Below are positions 1 to 14,478 of a stretch of 64,000 nt of DNA, in pieces. The translations under genes were made by a program, and so were the position numbers. The number at the start of each line of letters is the position of its first letter. Positions within the stretch are counted from its first letter, which is position 1. This DNA comes from Octopus vulgaris (Eukaryota). Below the pieces are notes generated by a model, which was not told the DNA's origin, did no database searches, and saw only the letters and a list, made by a program, of their open reading frames with translations. Location: NCBI GenBank assembly GCA_951406725.2, contig OX597824.1, positions 78,306,001 through 78,370,000 of the forward strand, given 5' to 3'.

Positions 1-240
1 ACTGGGCGATGTATGTGTTTTTATGAGCGAAACACCTAAGCTACACGCGGCTCCGGCAGAAGGTAATGGCGAACTTCTTCTGACTCTTTCGCAACAACTT
101 TCTCTCACTCTTTCCTCCTGCATCTTGCAGCTCAACTGCGGCGGACCGGCGTCCCGTCCAGGTGGGGAACCTATACGCCAAGGAAACCGGGAAACCGGCC
201 CTTATGAGCCAGGCGTGGCTCGAGAAGGAACAAACAACAA
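1..240 (+). mobile_element. tRNA-derived SINE, family C (head cut by window edge) with tail type i
   Basis: Body ttatgagcgaaacacctaagct...caactttctctcactct matches other family C copies; ends ggctcgagaaggaacaaacaacaa. Confidence 0.75.
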
Positions 241-755
241 AACACACCTTTCCGCACATCGAAGCTGCAAGGAAATTCGATAAGCTGATAGCTTCTCTAT
301 ACTTGACAATTAGCAACTGGAGCTGTTAGACATGCGAATAAAAACCCAAATTGAAGGAGTGGAACAAGTATAATGCACGCTATATATGCTTCTTAACTAG
401 CTGAACCTCACGATGTAACAGTTATCCAACGAGTAATGTTCAACGAAGCTAAACATTAGGTTGGAATTATCTTAGAGAAAGGAAGGATACGTTATCGTTT
501 GTAATTTTCAAGTCAGCTCCACCGCAGTGATGCGTTCAGCCTCATGGCTAGATCCGTTAAAAATTATTCGTTACGTAATTATTAGATCATGAGGTTCAGT
601 TAATTAAGAAACATATGTAGGGTGCATTTTACCAATTCCACTCCCTTAATTTGGAATTCTGTTTGCTTGTGAAACTGTAATATATGCAGTATATACCAAA
701 GTATAAATATATGTAGGTAAACAACAACTATATTGTCTCTGGTAGCCGATATTTA

Positions 756-1266
756 CCGTAAATCCTCGAGTATAATCCGCATATTTTTCCCAAAATTTAT
801 AGGTCAAAATCCCTAGTGCTATTTATAGGTCAAAATCCCTATACGAGCTTAAAAATGAAAAGTATTTCCTAAGCAATGCCCGAGTCTCTATTTGCTGTCC
901 GGCAATGTTTATTCAGACGCATTTTGTGATGTCGGGCGCGAAAATACTTTAAACTAAGCCTAAAAGCAATGAAGTCATAAAAGAATCACCCAATTGCAGT
1001 AAGCAACATTTATTTAAATAAAAGTATTCAGAACACAGAATAACATGTAACAAAAACAATTAGCAAACATATTTACATTCCCATTGTTGTATTATGCATG
1101 CGCGAAAGTGTTTGTTCGACAATGGTGCAGCTGGCTTAATTACGCACGACCCAAGTTAGAGAAGTGGTGCTTATTATACATAAGGTTTAGGTTTTTCAGA
1201 GGTACAGCCCCCTAAAAATCCCCTGCGTATTATACTCAAGGGCGGACTATACTCGAGGATTTACGG
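756..1266. mobile_element. Non-autonomous Tc1/mariner (pogo-like) MITE
   Basis: 25-bp TIRs ccgtaaatcctcgagtataatccgc / gcggactatactcgaggatttacgg (1 mismatch); TA at 754-755 and 1267-1268. Confidence 0.9.
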
Positions 1267-1674
1267 TAATCAAAAAATATATCATCAGACATAGGGTGTA
1301 CTCTAGGACTTACGGGCATTTGAAGTTATATTAGGAAATTATGAAATATCAACGGAAACTAAATGATGTAAGTATTGCACTAGATAAGGTTTGGGAAAAT
1401 GAGAGAAACATCATACTTTTGGAGATGTTAAAACACAGATTCGGGTAGATCAAGGAGAATAGATTAGATATTGTTTTCAAGGAACACCAAGAAATGAAGT
1501 GCCCCATTGTCGTTGTATCAGATGAAGACATGGTATAAAAGAATCTCTCAAAAATATATGTACATATACACTCACATATACATATGAGATAAACAGATAT
1601 ACAGACATACAGACATTCAGATAGTTTGATGGAGACATGGAAACAAGTCTCTCTCTGTTTTCCCTTCTCTGCCT

Positions 1675-1675
<1 letters not shown>

Positions 1676-1744
<69 letters not shown>

Positions 1745-1750
1745 CAAGAA

Positions 1751-1819
<69 letters not shown>

Positions 1820-1886
1820 CAGATAGATAGATAGATAGATTGGCAGATAGATATATATATAGATAGATAGATATAGATATATAGAT

Positions 1887-1948
<62 letters not shown>

Positions 1949-2000
1949 GATGGTTAGATAGATAGATAGATGATAGTTAGATAGATAGATAGATGATAGT

Positions 2001-2062
<62 letters not shown>
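1676..2062. repeat. Compound microsatellite (TC)n(TA)n(GATA)n
   Basis: Seen directly. Confidence 0.98.
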
Positions 2063-2064
<2 letters not shown>

Positions 2065-2575
2065 GTGACATCAGAAATGATGGCACATTATTGATTATAA
2101 ATAACACGTCGCATCAAAACGACAGGTAAAACTTTGATAGCTTTCTTACGTATGGTCTTCACACTATATGTGAAATATGCACTTTGGTCTTTGTCGAAAG
2201 GTCAAGTACAATAATTAGTAAATATTGTAATGTATATCACTTAGGAAAATGGCGAGTGGCAACAGTTTATATTATATGAACAATTATCTTTCTTTTTCCT
2301 GTGACTTAACACCTTTTTACTGGTCTACTGAACGTCTTAATTATCGTACTAAAAAATTAATGATATATTTGAAATATTATACTATTATTAACAAGGCATT
2401 AAAAATTTACATGTAATTACCACTATCAATAATTTCTCTGATCATAATATTCATAATAAAATTGCAAGATCTAGAGAGGGAGGGGAATATGTACGTCATA
2501 AAATCCGGTAAAGCTACACTATGAGCTTATGGCTCGGGAAGGACCTTAATCATTTTCTGTTATACACACACACAT

Positions 2576-2608
<33 letters not shown>

Positions 2609-2642
2609 CACGCAGGTGAGGCTGTAGGTGCAGGCATGGCTA

Positions 2643-2807
2643 TAGGTGCTAGCGTGGTTGTGCGGTAAGAGAGCTTGTGTCCGAACCACAAGGTTCCAGG
2701 TACAGTTCCAGTGCATAACATCTTGGGCAAGTGTCTTCTATTATGACCTGAGACCACCCAAAGCCTTCTGAGTGGATTTGGTAAACAGAAAGTGAAAGAA
2801 GCCCCTC

Positions 2808-2810
<3 letters not shown>
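2643..2810 (+). mobile_element. SINE family B (tRNA head, CORE-like ttgggcaagt motif), 5' part, diverged
   Basis: Similar to copies at 36594 and 51361. Confidence 0.8.
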
Positions 2811-2844
<34 letters not shown>

Positions 2845-2922
2845 CATACATGCATACAGACATACATATGTATGGATATATATATACATATACACACACA
2901 CTCACTCACACACACACACACG

Positions 2923-2994
<72 letters not shown>

Positions 2995-3004
2995 CATATA
3001 TGAT

Positions 3005-3115
3005 TGACTCGACTTTTCGTCCGATGTTACTTTGTCCAACGTCACTTCGTCCACATGGTTTGGTCTGACGTCTTTTTTTCTATGATATTTTGTCCAAAGA
3101 CTTTTTGTCCGATTT
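3005..3115. repeat. Array of short ttgtcc/tcgtcc motifs, probable MULE terminal/subterminal repeat
   Basis: gtcc motif recurs roughly every 15 bp, just downstream of the minus-strand MULE transposase. Confidence 0.55.
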
Positions 3116-3284
3116 TTTTTTTTAAATTCTTCAGAAAACAAGGTGACCATGAATATCAAATAATCATAGAGAATTTTACTGATAAGATTCAAGTAAAATA
3201 CTGTGGAATAATGTATTTAAAAGAGTCCTTTTTTGACAAGTAATAAGATACAAATAATGATTTATTATGATCACTTAAAACTGA

Positions 3285-4330
3285 TGCAAATTATATGCCC
3301 CACTCTGCCAGAAACGTTAGCACGCCGGGCGAAATGCGTAGCCGTATTTCGTCTGTCGTTACGTTCTGAGTTCAAATTCCGCGAGGTCGACTTTGCCTTT
3401 CATCCTTTCGGGGTCGATAAATTAAGTACCAGTTACGCACTTGGGTCGATGTAATCGACCTAATCCGTTTGTCTGTCCTTGTTTGTCCCCTCTATGTTTA
3501 GCCCCTTGTGGGTAGTAAAGAAATGTATATGCCCCACTCTTCAGAAAATCGATTTTTCTTGTTGACCCATATTCAATAATCAATCTTTTGAAGCGTTCAG
3601 TTATTCTTCGATATCGTGGACATGAATTTGACGGATCTCCTCGAAGAATTTTAGTCATTTTACCATGAATGAATCCTTCCTCTTCTTTTAGAGTTTTTAT
3701 TAATTTCCAAATATTTAAATGTGCTTCACCCGCCGAACGCTTTATTGCAGAATGAAACTCCCCCGCACCATGATCTGTTCAGGGAAGATCTCGAAGAATA
3801 CGCTGATTAACATTCCATACAGCTATAGGGAATGTAGGTGGTTCTCACCGTCTAGCGCCACGTCCTCTCACAACGCCTGTGTAAGTCAAGTCGAAGTCAG
3901 CGATGAATTCAGCAAATATTTTTTCATTGTCTATTAATTCTTCATAGGATTCTTCGATTCGACATCTTCAACGGGTAGGAAGGCTAATGCTGAAAAACAT
4001 CGAATTTTAAGACAGAATTCTGAGTCTTTATTATATTTTTCTTTGGGGTCTAAATCTGTAATTTTTCGAAATACTGATTGGCTCAAATGAAACAAATATG
4101 CCATGATAGATGAATTAGGGAATGAGGAATTAAATGCCTTATGAACTGCATCTTCGAAATCCGCCATGTGATCAAGCGGATATGCATTACGCTGCATAAT
4201 TTTTAATTGCTCGAAAAATTATTCGTATGTCTGCTTTGTTTTTTTCGGCAGTAATGCAAAGACCCGTGGAAAACTGCTACCTTTAATTTTGAATGTTCCA
4301 TCACATGCCTATTGACGATATGGTGTTATA
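3285..4330 (-). pseudogene. Mutator-like (MULE) DDE transposase, decayed
   Basis: ACDGTFK...FALLPKKTKQTY, MADFEDAVHKAFNSSFPNSSIMAYLFHLSQSVFRKI...FSALAFLPVEDV, and C-terminal HLNIWKLIKTLKEEE; stops, deletions, SINE insertion. Confidence 0.9.
3307..3525 (+). mobile_element. SINE family A (MetaSINE-like domain gcctttcatcctttcggggtcgataaa) inserted in MULE
   Basis: 15-bp TSD tatatgccccactct at 3292-3306 and 3526-3540. Confidence 0.92.
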
Positions 4331-4342
4331 TCTTGAATAACG

Positions 4343-4597
4343 TGGAGGCGCAATGGTCCAGTGGTTAAGGCAGCGGACTTGCGGTCGTCGGATCGCGGTT
4401 TCGATTCCCTGACCGGGCGTTGTGAGTGTTTATTGAGCGAGGCTCCGGCAGGGAGTGGTGGTGATCCCTGCTGTACTCTTTCGCCACAACTTTCTCTCAC
4501 TCTATCTTCTGTTGGCCTGCTCGCTTGGCCAGCGAGGTGGCGTCATTTGAAGGCTAAAACAATGCGAAGCGCATTGTGACCAGCGATGTGTAGAACA
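4343..4597 (+). mobile_element. SINE family C with tail type ii
   Basis: A box tggtccagtggttaag, B box ggtttcgattcc; tail hairpin acaatgcgaagcgcattgt. Confidence 0.88.
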
Positions 4598-5472
4598 AGC
4601 AGAATTATACAGTAAAACCCGAAGCAGTATTAGAGCAACATTAAAAGAAAACGCCAAAATGTATTTCACCCTCTTTACAGACAAATATCACATGCACGCA
4701 GATATAACTACAAATCAATCAAATCAATAGATTTCTTGGCGCCGATCACTGCAGTGGGATGCACAGCACCCAGAATAGTTGCAGAGGGTCGGTATTTATC
4801 GGGCTATGATCGATTTTAATTTATATCTAAACTGTGACCACCGTATATAGGAATAAACTACATAAACTGCAATGTGAGGTGGTGAATCTTCTGGTTGCAT
4901 CCAGGTCACTTTGCTGTCTCTGTCCTTGTCACGGGACTACTTCATCAGGATTTACCAGACGACCACACAAAAACAAGATGTGAACCAGTAATGAAATCTC
5001 TAACGCGGTCGATCGACCTTTTAGAAATTCCATTTAAATCTTCCACCAGATACAATGCTCACTACATTTAAAGTAAATGACCGAATAAATATTCAAGATA
5101 AAACTCATTAATATAATTTCAACGTTGATCTATCAACATGTTGTGTTGCTAACATATCAGCATAAAAGCCGATTATACATCGTACTGATTTTCTTATAGA
5201 CACAAGTCAAATCTGATGTAATTTGCGAGTATTGTAGCCGCATGAAAGCCTACGTCAAGCATTTCTTCTGTACTTACCCTATCATATATCCTCCAAGTCA
5301 TTTTCATTCAATTTACTGCAATTCATTGTTGGGTTTTCTCATGCATGGTCGACAGGGGAGTGGTTATATGTTGCGGACTCCGTATTTTTTTATTCATTAA
5401 CGAAGTTAAGTCAATCACCCCCTGACTCACTTTCACTCGCCTTACTCTCATCCCTCCCTCGCTTCTGCTATC

Positions 5473-5506
<34 letters not shown>

Positions 5507-5731
5507 CCTGTTTTTATTTGTCTCTGTGACATCCACACTTAATTTGTGTGTATGTGTGTATATATACACGCATACGTACATATCATTTATATTATTATAT
5601 GCAAGATATATAGTTTAAAACCTATGGAATATCTGGATATGCATATAAATGCATATGATACATACGGATACGCACAGATGTACATTTATAAATACATGTA
5701 TTTATAGATATATATATATTTACATGCATAC

Positions 5732-5776
<45 letters not shown>

Positions 5777-5791
5777 CATACATATATGTAC

Positions 5792-5824
<33 letters not shown>

Positions 5825-5836
5825 TGTATATGTATG

Positions 5837-5930
<94 letters not shown>

Positions 5931-6149
5931 TGTGTGACTATGTGTGTGCGCGCATGCGTGCACGTTGGATTTGTGTGAGAGTGACTGAAATATAAGAAAA
6001 AGAAAGCAATCTGAAAAACTGTATAATATGTTAACCTTTTGAAAATGGCGTGTTTCCATCGAATTAGACTAATTCACCAATCACGACAGAGAAATGACAC
6101 GAGTGAGATAAACAGAATATATTTCAAAATCCTAAAGTGACACACCACC

Positions 6150-6223
6150 TCAAACAGCAAGAAAGGGAACCACCGTGATCATCACAAGCGAAAACAACAA
6201 CACAAACAACAGGGAAACATGAC
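6150..6223 (-). CDS. Candidate terminal coding exon (hydrophobic C-terminal tail)
   Basis: After cag acceptor: (G)HVSLLFVLLFSLVMITVVPFLAV*; phase-compatible with 8783-8871; no homology recognised. Confidence 0.15.
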
Positions 6224-6478
6224 CTGTTGCATTTATAACACATCACAAAATGCTAACTAGTAAATGCTGGCCAAGGATTGGATGGAGGCTTACGAAAAGG
6301 ATAAAGCATTACTTCGATATCCGGCAACTTCCAGAAGTACTACAAGGGTACCTACTCTTAACCACACCTTTCATGCTATATGTACAAGAGTTTCTCAAAG
6401 GAACAACATCGTGTCCGTAAGAGCATTTATGTATGTATGCATGCATGACTTAGTGTATACACACATATATCTATACAC

Positions 6479-6539
<61 letters not shown>

Positions 6540-7001
6540 AAATAAGCAACAAGGATATCCAGAGGTAATGCAGTACGATCGTTTCATGCGACTCCATTTA
6601 ATTGAATAATGCAAACATTACATCAATTTATATATGATTAGATGCAACGAACAGGAGAAAGAGTACTAGTTACCATGTTAAGTATTTTCGACAGAATCAG
6701 TAATACTGCTACTCTGAATTGCCACGGGAGACTCATTTATCAAATATAAGCTACACAAAACTCCGAAGGAACGCATGTATGAAACTGATTGGATGGAACC
6801 AACAAATGTCACTACCGTTCAGCTTGCAAGATGAAGCCAAATGTGTATAGCACTCTTGCCGGCCGCTACTAGGACGTATCATCACCTCTCTTTTGTATTT
6901 ATTGTGCTTTTAGCACAACAAATCCGTAAGTGATGCTATCTCAGATCAAATACAGCTGTACCTGGTCAATCATGGTGTGTATACATGAAGTAAATTATAT
7001 A

Positions 7002-7113
<112 letters not shown>

Positions 7114-7192
7114 CGTGACCGACCAGCCTATCAGATGTTGCTACACATCGCTGGTCACAATGCGAGCGATAGCAACATCTTATATATATGTG

Positions 7193-7475
7193 AAGGCGCA
7201 ATGGCCCAGTGGTTAGGGCAGCGGACTCGCGGTCGTAGGAACGCGGTTTCGATTCCCAGACCGGGCGTTGTGAGTGTTTATTGAGGGAAAACACCTAAAA
7301 GCTCCACGAGGCTCCGGCAGGGGGGGGTGATCCCTGCTGTACTCTTTCACCACTGTTTCTTCTATTGGTCTGCTCGCTTAGCCAGCGGGGTGGCGTCATT
7401 CGAAGGCTAAAACAATGCGAACGCATTGTGACCAGCGATGTGTAACAACATCTGATGGACTGGTCAGTCACGTGA
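7193..7475 (+). mobile_element. SINE family C, tail ii; inverted tail fragment at 7111-7164
   Basis: Pol III A/B boxes; near-identical to 4343 and 41972 copies. Confidence 0.9.
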
Positions 7476-7822
7476 TATAGGAAGGGTGCAATTCGTAAAT
7501 TGTCGCCATCTTATATTTTTAATTTTGCACATTCGCATAGATTGTTTTTGATTTTGTCAAGTACACAGTATAGTAGGGTCAGTTGTACACTATCTGTGAG
7601 AAAAAACAACACAATTCCTGCAACCACATCACCCCTAACATCTGGCTACTTAACTCCTCACTGGAGGTCGTCGTTGAAGCCAATGGCGATTTTATTGAAT
7701 AAATTTACTCTTTAGTATTTCGAGATATTTCTATGTAATTTTGGTAAATGTATCTATGAAAATGAGATGTCAGTGTTATTTTCATATTTGCGTAATTTAG
7801 ACAATTTATTCAATGCACCCTG

Positions 7823-7925
<103 letters not shown>

Positions 7926-7972
7926 CATATATATATCATATATACATGTATATATATATATCATATATATAT

Positions 7973-8012
<40 letters not shown>

Positions 8013-8097
8013 TTTATATATCATATATAATATATGTGTATGTATATATGTGTGTGTATAAGTGTATGTACGTATGTATGTATATGCTCTGACAGGC

Positions 8098-8270
8098 CTG
8101 ACTCTCAGTCGGTTACAAATGTTCAAGTTGATTCGTTCAACTGAACGACCTGCTGAGTTGACTGGACCATCGAGAAATAGAATGTCTTGCTCAAGGACAC
8201 AACGCGTGATCCGGAACCGAATTCATGACCTTATGATCGCAAGCTGAGTACCCTGAGCCATGCATCTTCA
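8098..8270 (-). mobile_element. SINE family D (CORE-like gtgtccttgagcaagaca), diverged
   Basis: cttgctcaaggacacaacgc on + strand; tRNA-like head. Confidence 0.65.
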
Positions 8271-8384
8271 CATATACACAGATAGATGCACATATATACT
8301 TATACAAGCATATACAAATATATTATATTCATTATAAAATTATAGATATACATATACAGTTATTGCATAAACTTCAAAACATAT

Positions 8385-8600
8385 TGGGCTTTAAATTTTG
8401 GCACAAAGACAGCAAGGGCGCGGAGGGGACAAGTCAATTACACTGACCCCAGAGCTCAAATCGTACATATTTTATTGACCCTGGAATGAAGAAAGGCAAA
8501 TTCGACCTTGGCGGAATTTGAACTCGGAACATAAAGCCGGACAAAATGCCGCTAAGCGTTCTACCTGGCGTGCTAACAACTCTGCCAGCTCGGCCTCTTA
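8385..8600 (-). mobile_element. SINE family A, older short-tail subfamily
   Basis: aaaggcaaattcgaccttggcggaatttgaactc...ctgccagctc. Confidence 0.85.
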
Positions 8601-8782
8601 AACTTCAAAATATATCATGCGTATATGCATATAGTGTAAGCATGGATGTGAAATAAGCTTATTAATGAGCAAAAAATACATAGAACTTGCAATGTATGTC
8701 ACCCTCTATTGAATGAGTTTGTGTAAATAAAAACCTGCCAATGAATTACACTAAATTGAATGAAAAGGAATTCTGGCTATAC

Positions 8783-8871
8783 CTGATAAGATAAGCTCAG
8801 AAAAAAAATTGCCTGCAGCTGGATTCCATTCTACTACAATACCAGCAAATTGCATCAAATTTCGCTTGGAT
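8783..8871 (-). CDS. Candidate internal exon, 89 nt
   Basis: Acceptor tgattttcttgcag, donor gtatag; only one frame is open: SKRNLMQFAGIVVEWNPAAGNFFSELILS. Confidence 0.25.
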
Positions 8872-9099
8872 CTGCAAGAAAATCAGAATAATGTATAATT
8901 GGTTTTCACACACTTTTGTCCATATATAGTGTATAAAAAAATTATATTCTCATTGGAACAAGGTTTCGTACTATAAAGTACTACAGAGTATTACAGAGTA
9001 ATGTTCAAATGAAGTAAATGACTTACGTACATTTAGTTTACACACACACACACACACACACACACATGCTCACACGCACACACATATACACATACATAC

Positions 9100-9710
9100 T
9101 CTTTTACTCGTTTACTTGTTTCAGTCATTTTACTGCAGCCATGGAGAGCACCGCCTCTAGTCGAATAAATCGACCCCAGGATTTATTCCTTGGAAGCCCA
9201 GTACTTATTTTATCGATCCCTCCTGCCGAACCGCCATGTTACGAGGACGTAAACACACCAGCATCAGTTGTCAAGCGATGTTGGGGGGACACAGACACAC
9301 AAACATATACATACACATATACATATATACATACGACGGGCTTCTTTCAGTTTCCGTCTATCAAATCCACTCACAAAGCTTTGGTCGGCCCGTAGCTATA
9401 GTTGAGGACACTTGCCCAAGGTGCCACGCAGCCGAACCGCCATATTACGAGGACGTAAACACACCAGCATCGGTTGCCAAGCGATGTTGGGGGGAACAAA
9501 CGCAGATACACAAACACATACACACATATACATACATATACATATATACGACGGGATTCTTTCAGTTTCCGTCTACCAAATCCACTCACAAGGCCTTGGT
9601 CGGCCCGAGGCTATAGTAGAAGACACTTGCCCAAGGTCCCGCGCAGTGGGACTGAACCCGGAACCATATGGTTGATAAGCAAGCTACTTACCACACAGTC
9701 ACAACTGCAA
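9100..9710 (-). mobile_element. SINE family B with an internal tandem duplication of about 206 bp
   Basis: gccgaaccgccat...gtgccacgca unit starts at 9225 and again at 9431. Confidence 0.88.
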
Positions 9711-9712
9711 CC

Positions 9713-9743
<31 letters not shown>

Positions 9744-10047
9744 TATATATATACATTACATATGTGTGTGTTTGTGTATATACATATATATTTGTATATT
9801 GGTATGCACCATATAAATAAGTATGTATTCTTGCATTCCTAGTTTCACTATAACGGATTAAATGATTTACATAAATAATAAATTCTTGGCAACTTTAACA
9901 AAGTTTCGCGCTGCTGCAATAACATAAGATGGAATAAATCTAAGAATTCGGCAGACATTCCATTGGCAAATAAGCTGAATTGTAGGAACTGGATAGATAG
10001 ATAAATACATACATACATACATATACATACGTGTATACGCACTGATA

Positions 10048-10103
<56 letters not shown>

Positions 10104-10207
10104 CATGCATATATATATATATATACATGCACTATATATGTATACAAATATGTATATTTGTATATATATATATATGTATATACATACATGCATATATATA
10201 TATATAT

Positions 10208-10263
<56 letters not shown>

Positions 10264-10342
10264 CGGCTCACACTCACATGCATTCACGCACTCATATATG
10301 TATATGCATGTATGTATGTAAGTACGTACGTATGTATGTCTG

Positions 10343-10376
<34 letters not shown>

Positions 10377-10798
10377 TGTATGTATGTATGTATGTATGCA
10401 TGTATGTAGGCAGGTAGGTAGGTAGGTAGGTAGGTAGGTAGGTAGGCAACATAGTAAATTTGGCATTAGAATACTTACAATTACAACCACAAACAAACAC
10501 GCGCACCTAAATGTGTTCGCGAGTATGTTTATGTGTGAATAAATGTCAAATAAGTTTATCTTCGTACCTATAATAAGAATAATTTCAGCATTATAGACTG
10601 CGTGATTAAAGTACAAATCTCTCTCTACGAAAAATTCCTAAGAATAACCTACCTAGTTTCGAGTGTTATTGCCGCCTCATCAATTTTATATGCTCCAGAT
10701 AGTTTCCAGAAAATGGAGACAATTAAGAGCTACTTATGCACAAGGAGGCAATTGAGAACTTCATCTATCAATTTAAAATAGTAAGCTAAAATAATAGG

Positions 10799-10836
<38 letters not shown>

Positions 10837-10943
10837 TGTATCTGTGTCCATGCATGACAGAGAAAGTTTTAAATGAAACTAGTAAAATCCAATTAAGTCG
10901 AAGAAATACTTTTCCTGTGACGGTAATACTTTGATAAGTATTA

Positions 10944-11174
10944 GGCGGCGAGCTGGCAGAAACGTTAGCACGCCGGGCGAAATGCTTAGCGGTATTTCGT
11001 CTGTCGTTACGTTGTAAGTTCAAATTCCGCCGAGGTCGACTTTGCCTTTCATCCTTTCGGGGTCGATTAAATAAGTACCAGTTACGCACTGGGGTCGATG
11101 TAATCGACTTAATACCTATGTCTGTCCTTGTTTGTCCCCTCTATGTTTAGCCCCTTGTGGGCAGTAAAGAAATA
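10944..11174 (+). mobile_element. SINE family A, full length, young
   Basis: 18-bp TSD ggtaatactttgataagt at 10922-10939 and 11175-11192. Confidence 0.93.
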
Positions 11175-11250
11175 GGTAATACTTTGATAAGTTTCGGCTA
11201 GTATTGATCCAGGCCATTTCTAACTTAATAACATCCATTGCAAAACACAT

Positions 11251-11480
11251 TTAAAACTCTTTCATATTAGACTTTTGTAGAGGACAGATAACAAGGGGAC
11301 CAAGCTTTGAGTGAATTTTTAAGTGGATGCTGACATCATCTGGGCAGTGCTGTTGAAATATTTTCCACATTATGCAAATGATATAGCGCTCACGGCGATA
11401 AAGGAGGGAATAAAGACTGAGTTTCTTGAGACGATGTCGATAATCTATGTTGTTGTCGACATTTACTCTGAGGTACCCAG
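11251..11480 (-). pseudogene. CR1/L2-group LINE ORF2 C-terminal fragment
   Basis: DYRHRLKKLSLYSLLYRRERYIICIMWKI fits the Y..RL..L.L.SL..RR.R.....KI motif. Confidence 0.75.
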
Positions 11481-11679
11481 TAAAGCTTGGCGCGATAAGA
11501 TTTTCACCAGAGGGAACAAGCATGAAAATTCATGTTCAAGAAGTAGAAAGAGCGCTGCGATATTATTACAGCATCTGTTTATATACAAAAAAAAAAATAC
11601 TTACATTATAAAAATTATTTCAGATTTAATCACACACAAGCTGCCTCCTTTAGAGAGATTTAGAAATAATATATATGCT

Positions 11680-12017
11680 GAGACCCACTTCGGTGATGAC
11701 TGACCATCGGATTGCACCTAGAAAGTTACCCTCTCAGGCACAAGTCCGCGGCAAGATTGTTTATGGAAGAACAGCAGTTGCCCATGCATACCGGCCTCCC
11801 CTCTCCACGACACCAGTGTTATCCAAGGGAAAGGCAAAGGAGCCGATACAGCATGGCACCTGTGACGTCGCAACTCATTTCTAGAGCTGAGTGAACTGGA
11901 GCAACGTGAAATAAAGTGTCTGGCTCAAGAACACAACACGCAGCCCGATCCGGGATTCGAACTCACAACCTCACGATCGTAAGCCCGACGCTCCAACCAC
12001 TGGGCCATGCGCCTTCA
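11680..12017 (-). mobile_element. SINE family D, full length
   Basis: Minus strand: gaaggcgcatggcccagtggtt (A box), gagttcgaatcc (B box), gtgttcttgagccagacactttatttcacgttgctccag. Confidence 0.88.
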
Positions 12018-12024
12018 CATTGAT

Positions 12025-12097
<73 letters not shown>

Positions 12098-12211
12098 TAT
12101 ATAAATATATATATATATATACATATATGTATATATACATATATATACATAAATACATATATATATATGTGTATATATATATATAGACATATATATACAT
12201 ATATATATGTA

Positions 12212-12293
<82 letters not shown>

Positions 12294-12397
12294 CATACAT
12301 ATATAAATACATACATACATGTATATATATATGTACACACACATATATATATATATACATACATGCATAGATATATATACATACACTTATACATACA

Positions 12398-12450
<53 letters not shown>

Positions 12451-12748
12451 TATATTGTGATGGACATATATACATATTTACGTATATTACGTATGCATAC
12501 GTACAAATCATCGTAAGCAACAGGGTATGACATAGATAGCACACACGCGCATTCCCACACACGAGCACACTCAAACTGACGCACATATCCATCCATACAA
12601 TGAGGTGCTGTATCGTACAGATAATCACAACCAACGGCAGTCAAAATATTACGTCAGGAAGTGAATGATTTGCATGACATTATTTATGAGAAAGAATTCA
12701 AATATTTTTAATATTTCAACTATCTGCTGACGTCATTATTGTCATTAC

Positions 12749-13143
<395 letters not shown>

Positions 13144-13225
13144 CATCATCATTATTATTATTATTACTGTTATTATTATTATTATCATCATCATCATCAC
13201 CATCATTATTATCATCATCATTTAG

Positions 13226-13395
13226 AGGGCGAGCTGGCAGAATGCTTAGCGTTATTCCGTCTGTCCTTAAGCTGTGAATTCAAAATTCCGCCGAGGTTGA
13301 CTTTGCCTTTCATCCTTTTGGGGTCGATAAACTAAGTACCAGGGGCGTGGTGGGGTTGATCTAATCGACTGGCCTCCTAACCAAAAATTTCAGGC
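13226..13395 (+). mobile_element. SINE family A, short-tail subfamily
   Basis: ggcgagctggcagaa...gcctttcatccttttggggtcgataaa. Confidence 0.85.
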
Positions 13396-13397
13396 GA

Positions 13398-13820
13398 AGG
13401 CGCACACCCATGTCTAAAGAGCTTATCTCGAACCGGTAAAGCTCCTCTGTAACATTGCCAGGCCAGGGACTTTTGGTAATTACCCACGGGCCCCGGCCCG
13501 AATGTTCTTTGGAACAGGCTGGCCAGTTGATCCACTTCGAAGCCTAGAGTTTCTCCCAGGACGTCATTATACTTAAACTCTACTAACCCTCTACAGAAGA
13601 ACGAGGTAGTACGCCCGCCACCGACGTTGCCCGACTGGTAGAGAAACACGAATGCCTGGTGGCACTCTGCATGCCACACGCCCAACCTCGGTCTACACTT
13701 GATCCATGGGTTCAGTTTGGTAAACGATGTGAACTGTGGAAATAACAGCTTGACAAATGGAGACCACACCTGCTCACCGTCCAGGTAAAACCAGAGGAGC
13801 CTAAGCCTGAGTGGCAAAAC
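13398..13820 (-). pseudogene. L1/Tx1-type LINE ORF2 post-RT fragment
   Basis: Open GC-richer frame ending KSLAWQCYRGALPVRDKLFRHGC, like the region preceding the L1/Tx1 C-terminal zinc knuckle. Confidence 0.65.
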
Positions 13821-14258
13821 AACAGGTAGGAAGACAGAGAGAGAGAGGTGAAGACTTCGTTGTGGACTATCTGACACGTACTGTCTGTCTGCCTCTCTCA
13901 ACGGATGTGTTTGTGTATGTGTGTGCATGTATGTGTATGTTTGTATGAATATGATACTGCGTGTTGCCGTTTTGAATTCCTTTCTACGACTGACCTTAAA
14001 CTGCTATTAAAAACCCAACCACGCACTCACACACACTTGTTATAACCCATTTCAACTGCAGCTATACACCAAAATATGTGGTAAGTGTTTTGATCCAAAA
14101 TTTAAATTTTGAATTTGATTTCATTATAAAATTACACCTCAGCTAAAATCATCTTTCGGCATCGGAATACAACGTCTTTTTTCTTTCTATATTTTTAAAG
14201 TTAGAATTTCTCGCTCATTTGTTCATGTGTCATCATTACACCCATATTACACCTTTAA

Positions 14259-14478
14259 CACTTTAGTGTTTAAACCGGCCATATCAGGCCAAATTTGTCT
14301 TCTTGTTTTATGCTCAAACCAACCAGCTCTGACCTCTCACACCTATCCTACAAAGTCATTCTAAAAATAAACAGGGACATCATCAAAACCTCAGAGTTAC
14401 AAGATGCTGTACAATTAATTTAAAACAATGTGATTAAAGAGGGTTTACATTCGACAGAGTAATCTGAATGCTAAAGGG
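14259..14478. mobile_element. piggyBac-like MITE
   Basis: TTAA at 14255-14258 and 14479-14482; imperfect TIRs cactttagtgttt / gaatgctaaaggg. Confidence 0.7.

Noticed and set aside
4343-4420. tRNA-like sequences with A and B boxes
   Set aside because: They run directly into SINE bodies and lack a full cloverleaf; SINE heads, not tRNA genes
4895-4955. Minus-strand CTGATGA with a small hairpin
   Set aside because: No GAAA and no credible stem III
6570-6630. Minus-strand GAAACGATCGTA, the 3' half of a hammerhead like the one at 52207
   Set aside because: The 5' core is unrecognisable; at most a dead remnant
8783-8871. KR-NLMQF resembles a secreted phospholipase A2 N-terminus
   Set aside because: No downstream YGCxCG or CCxxHDxC exon found in the window
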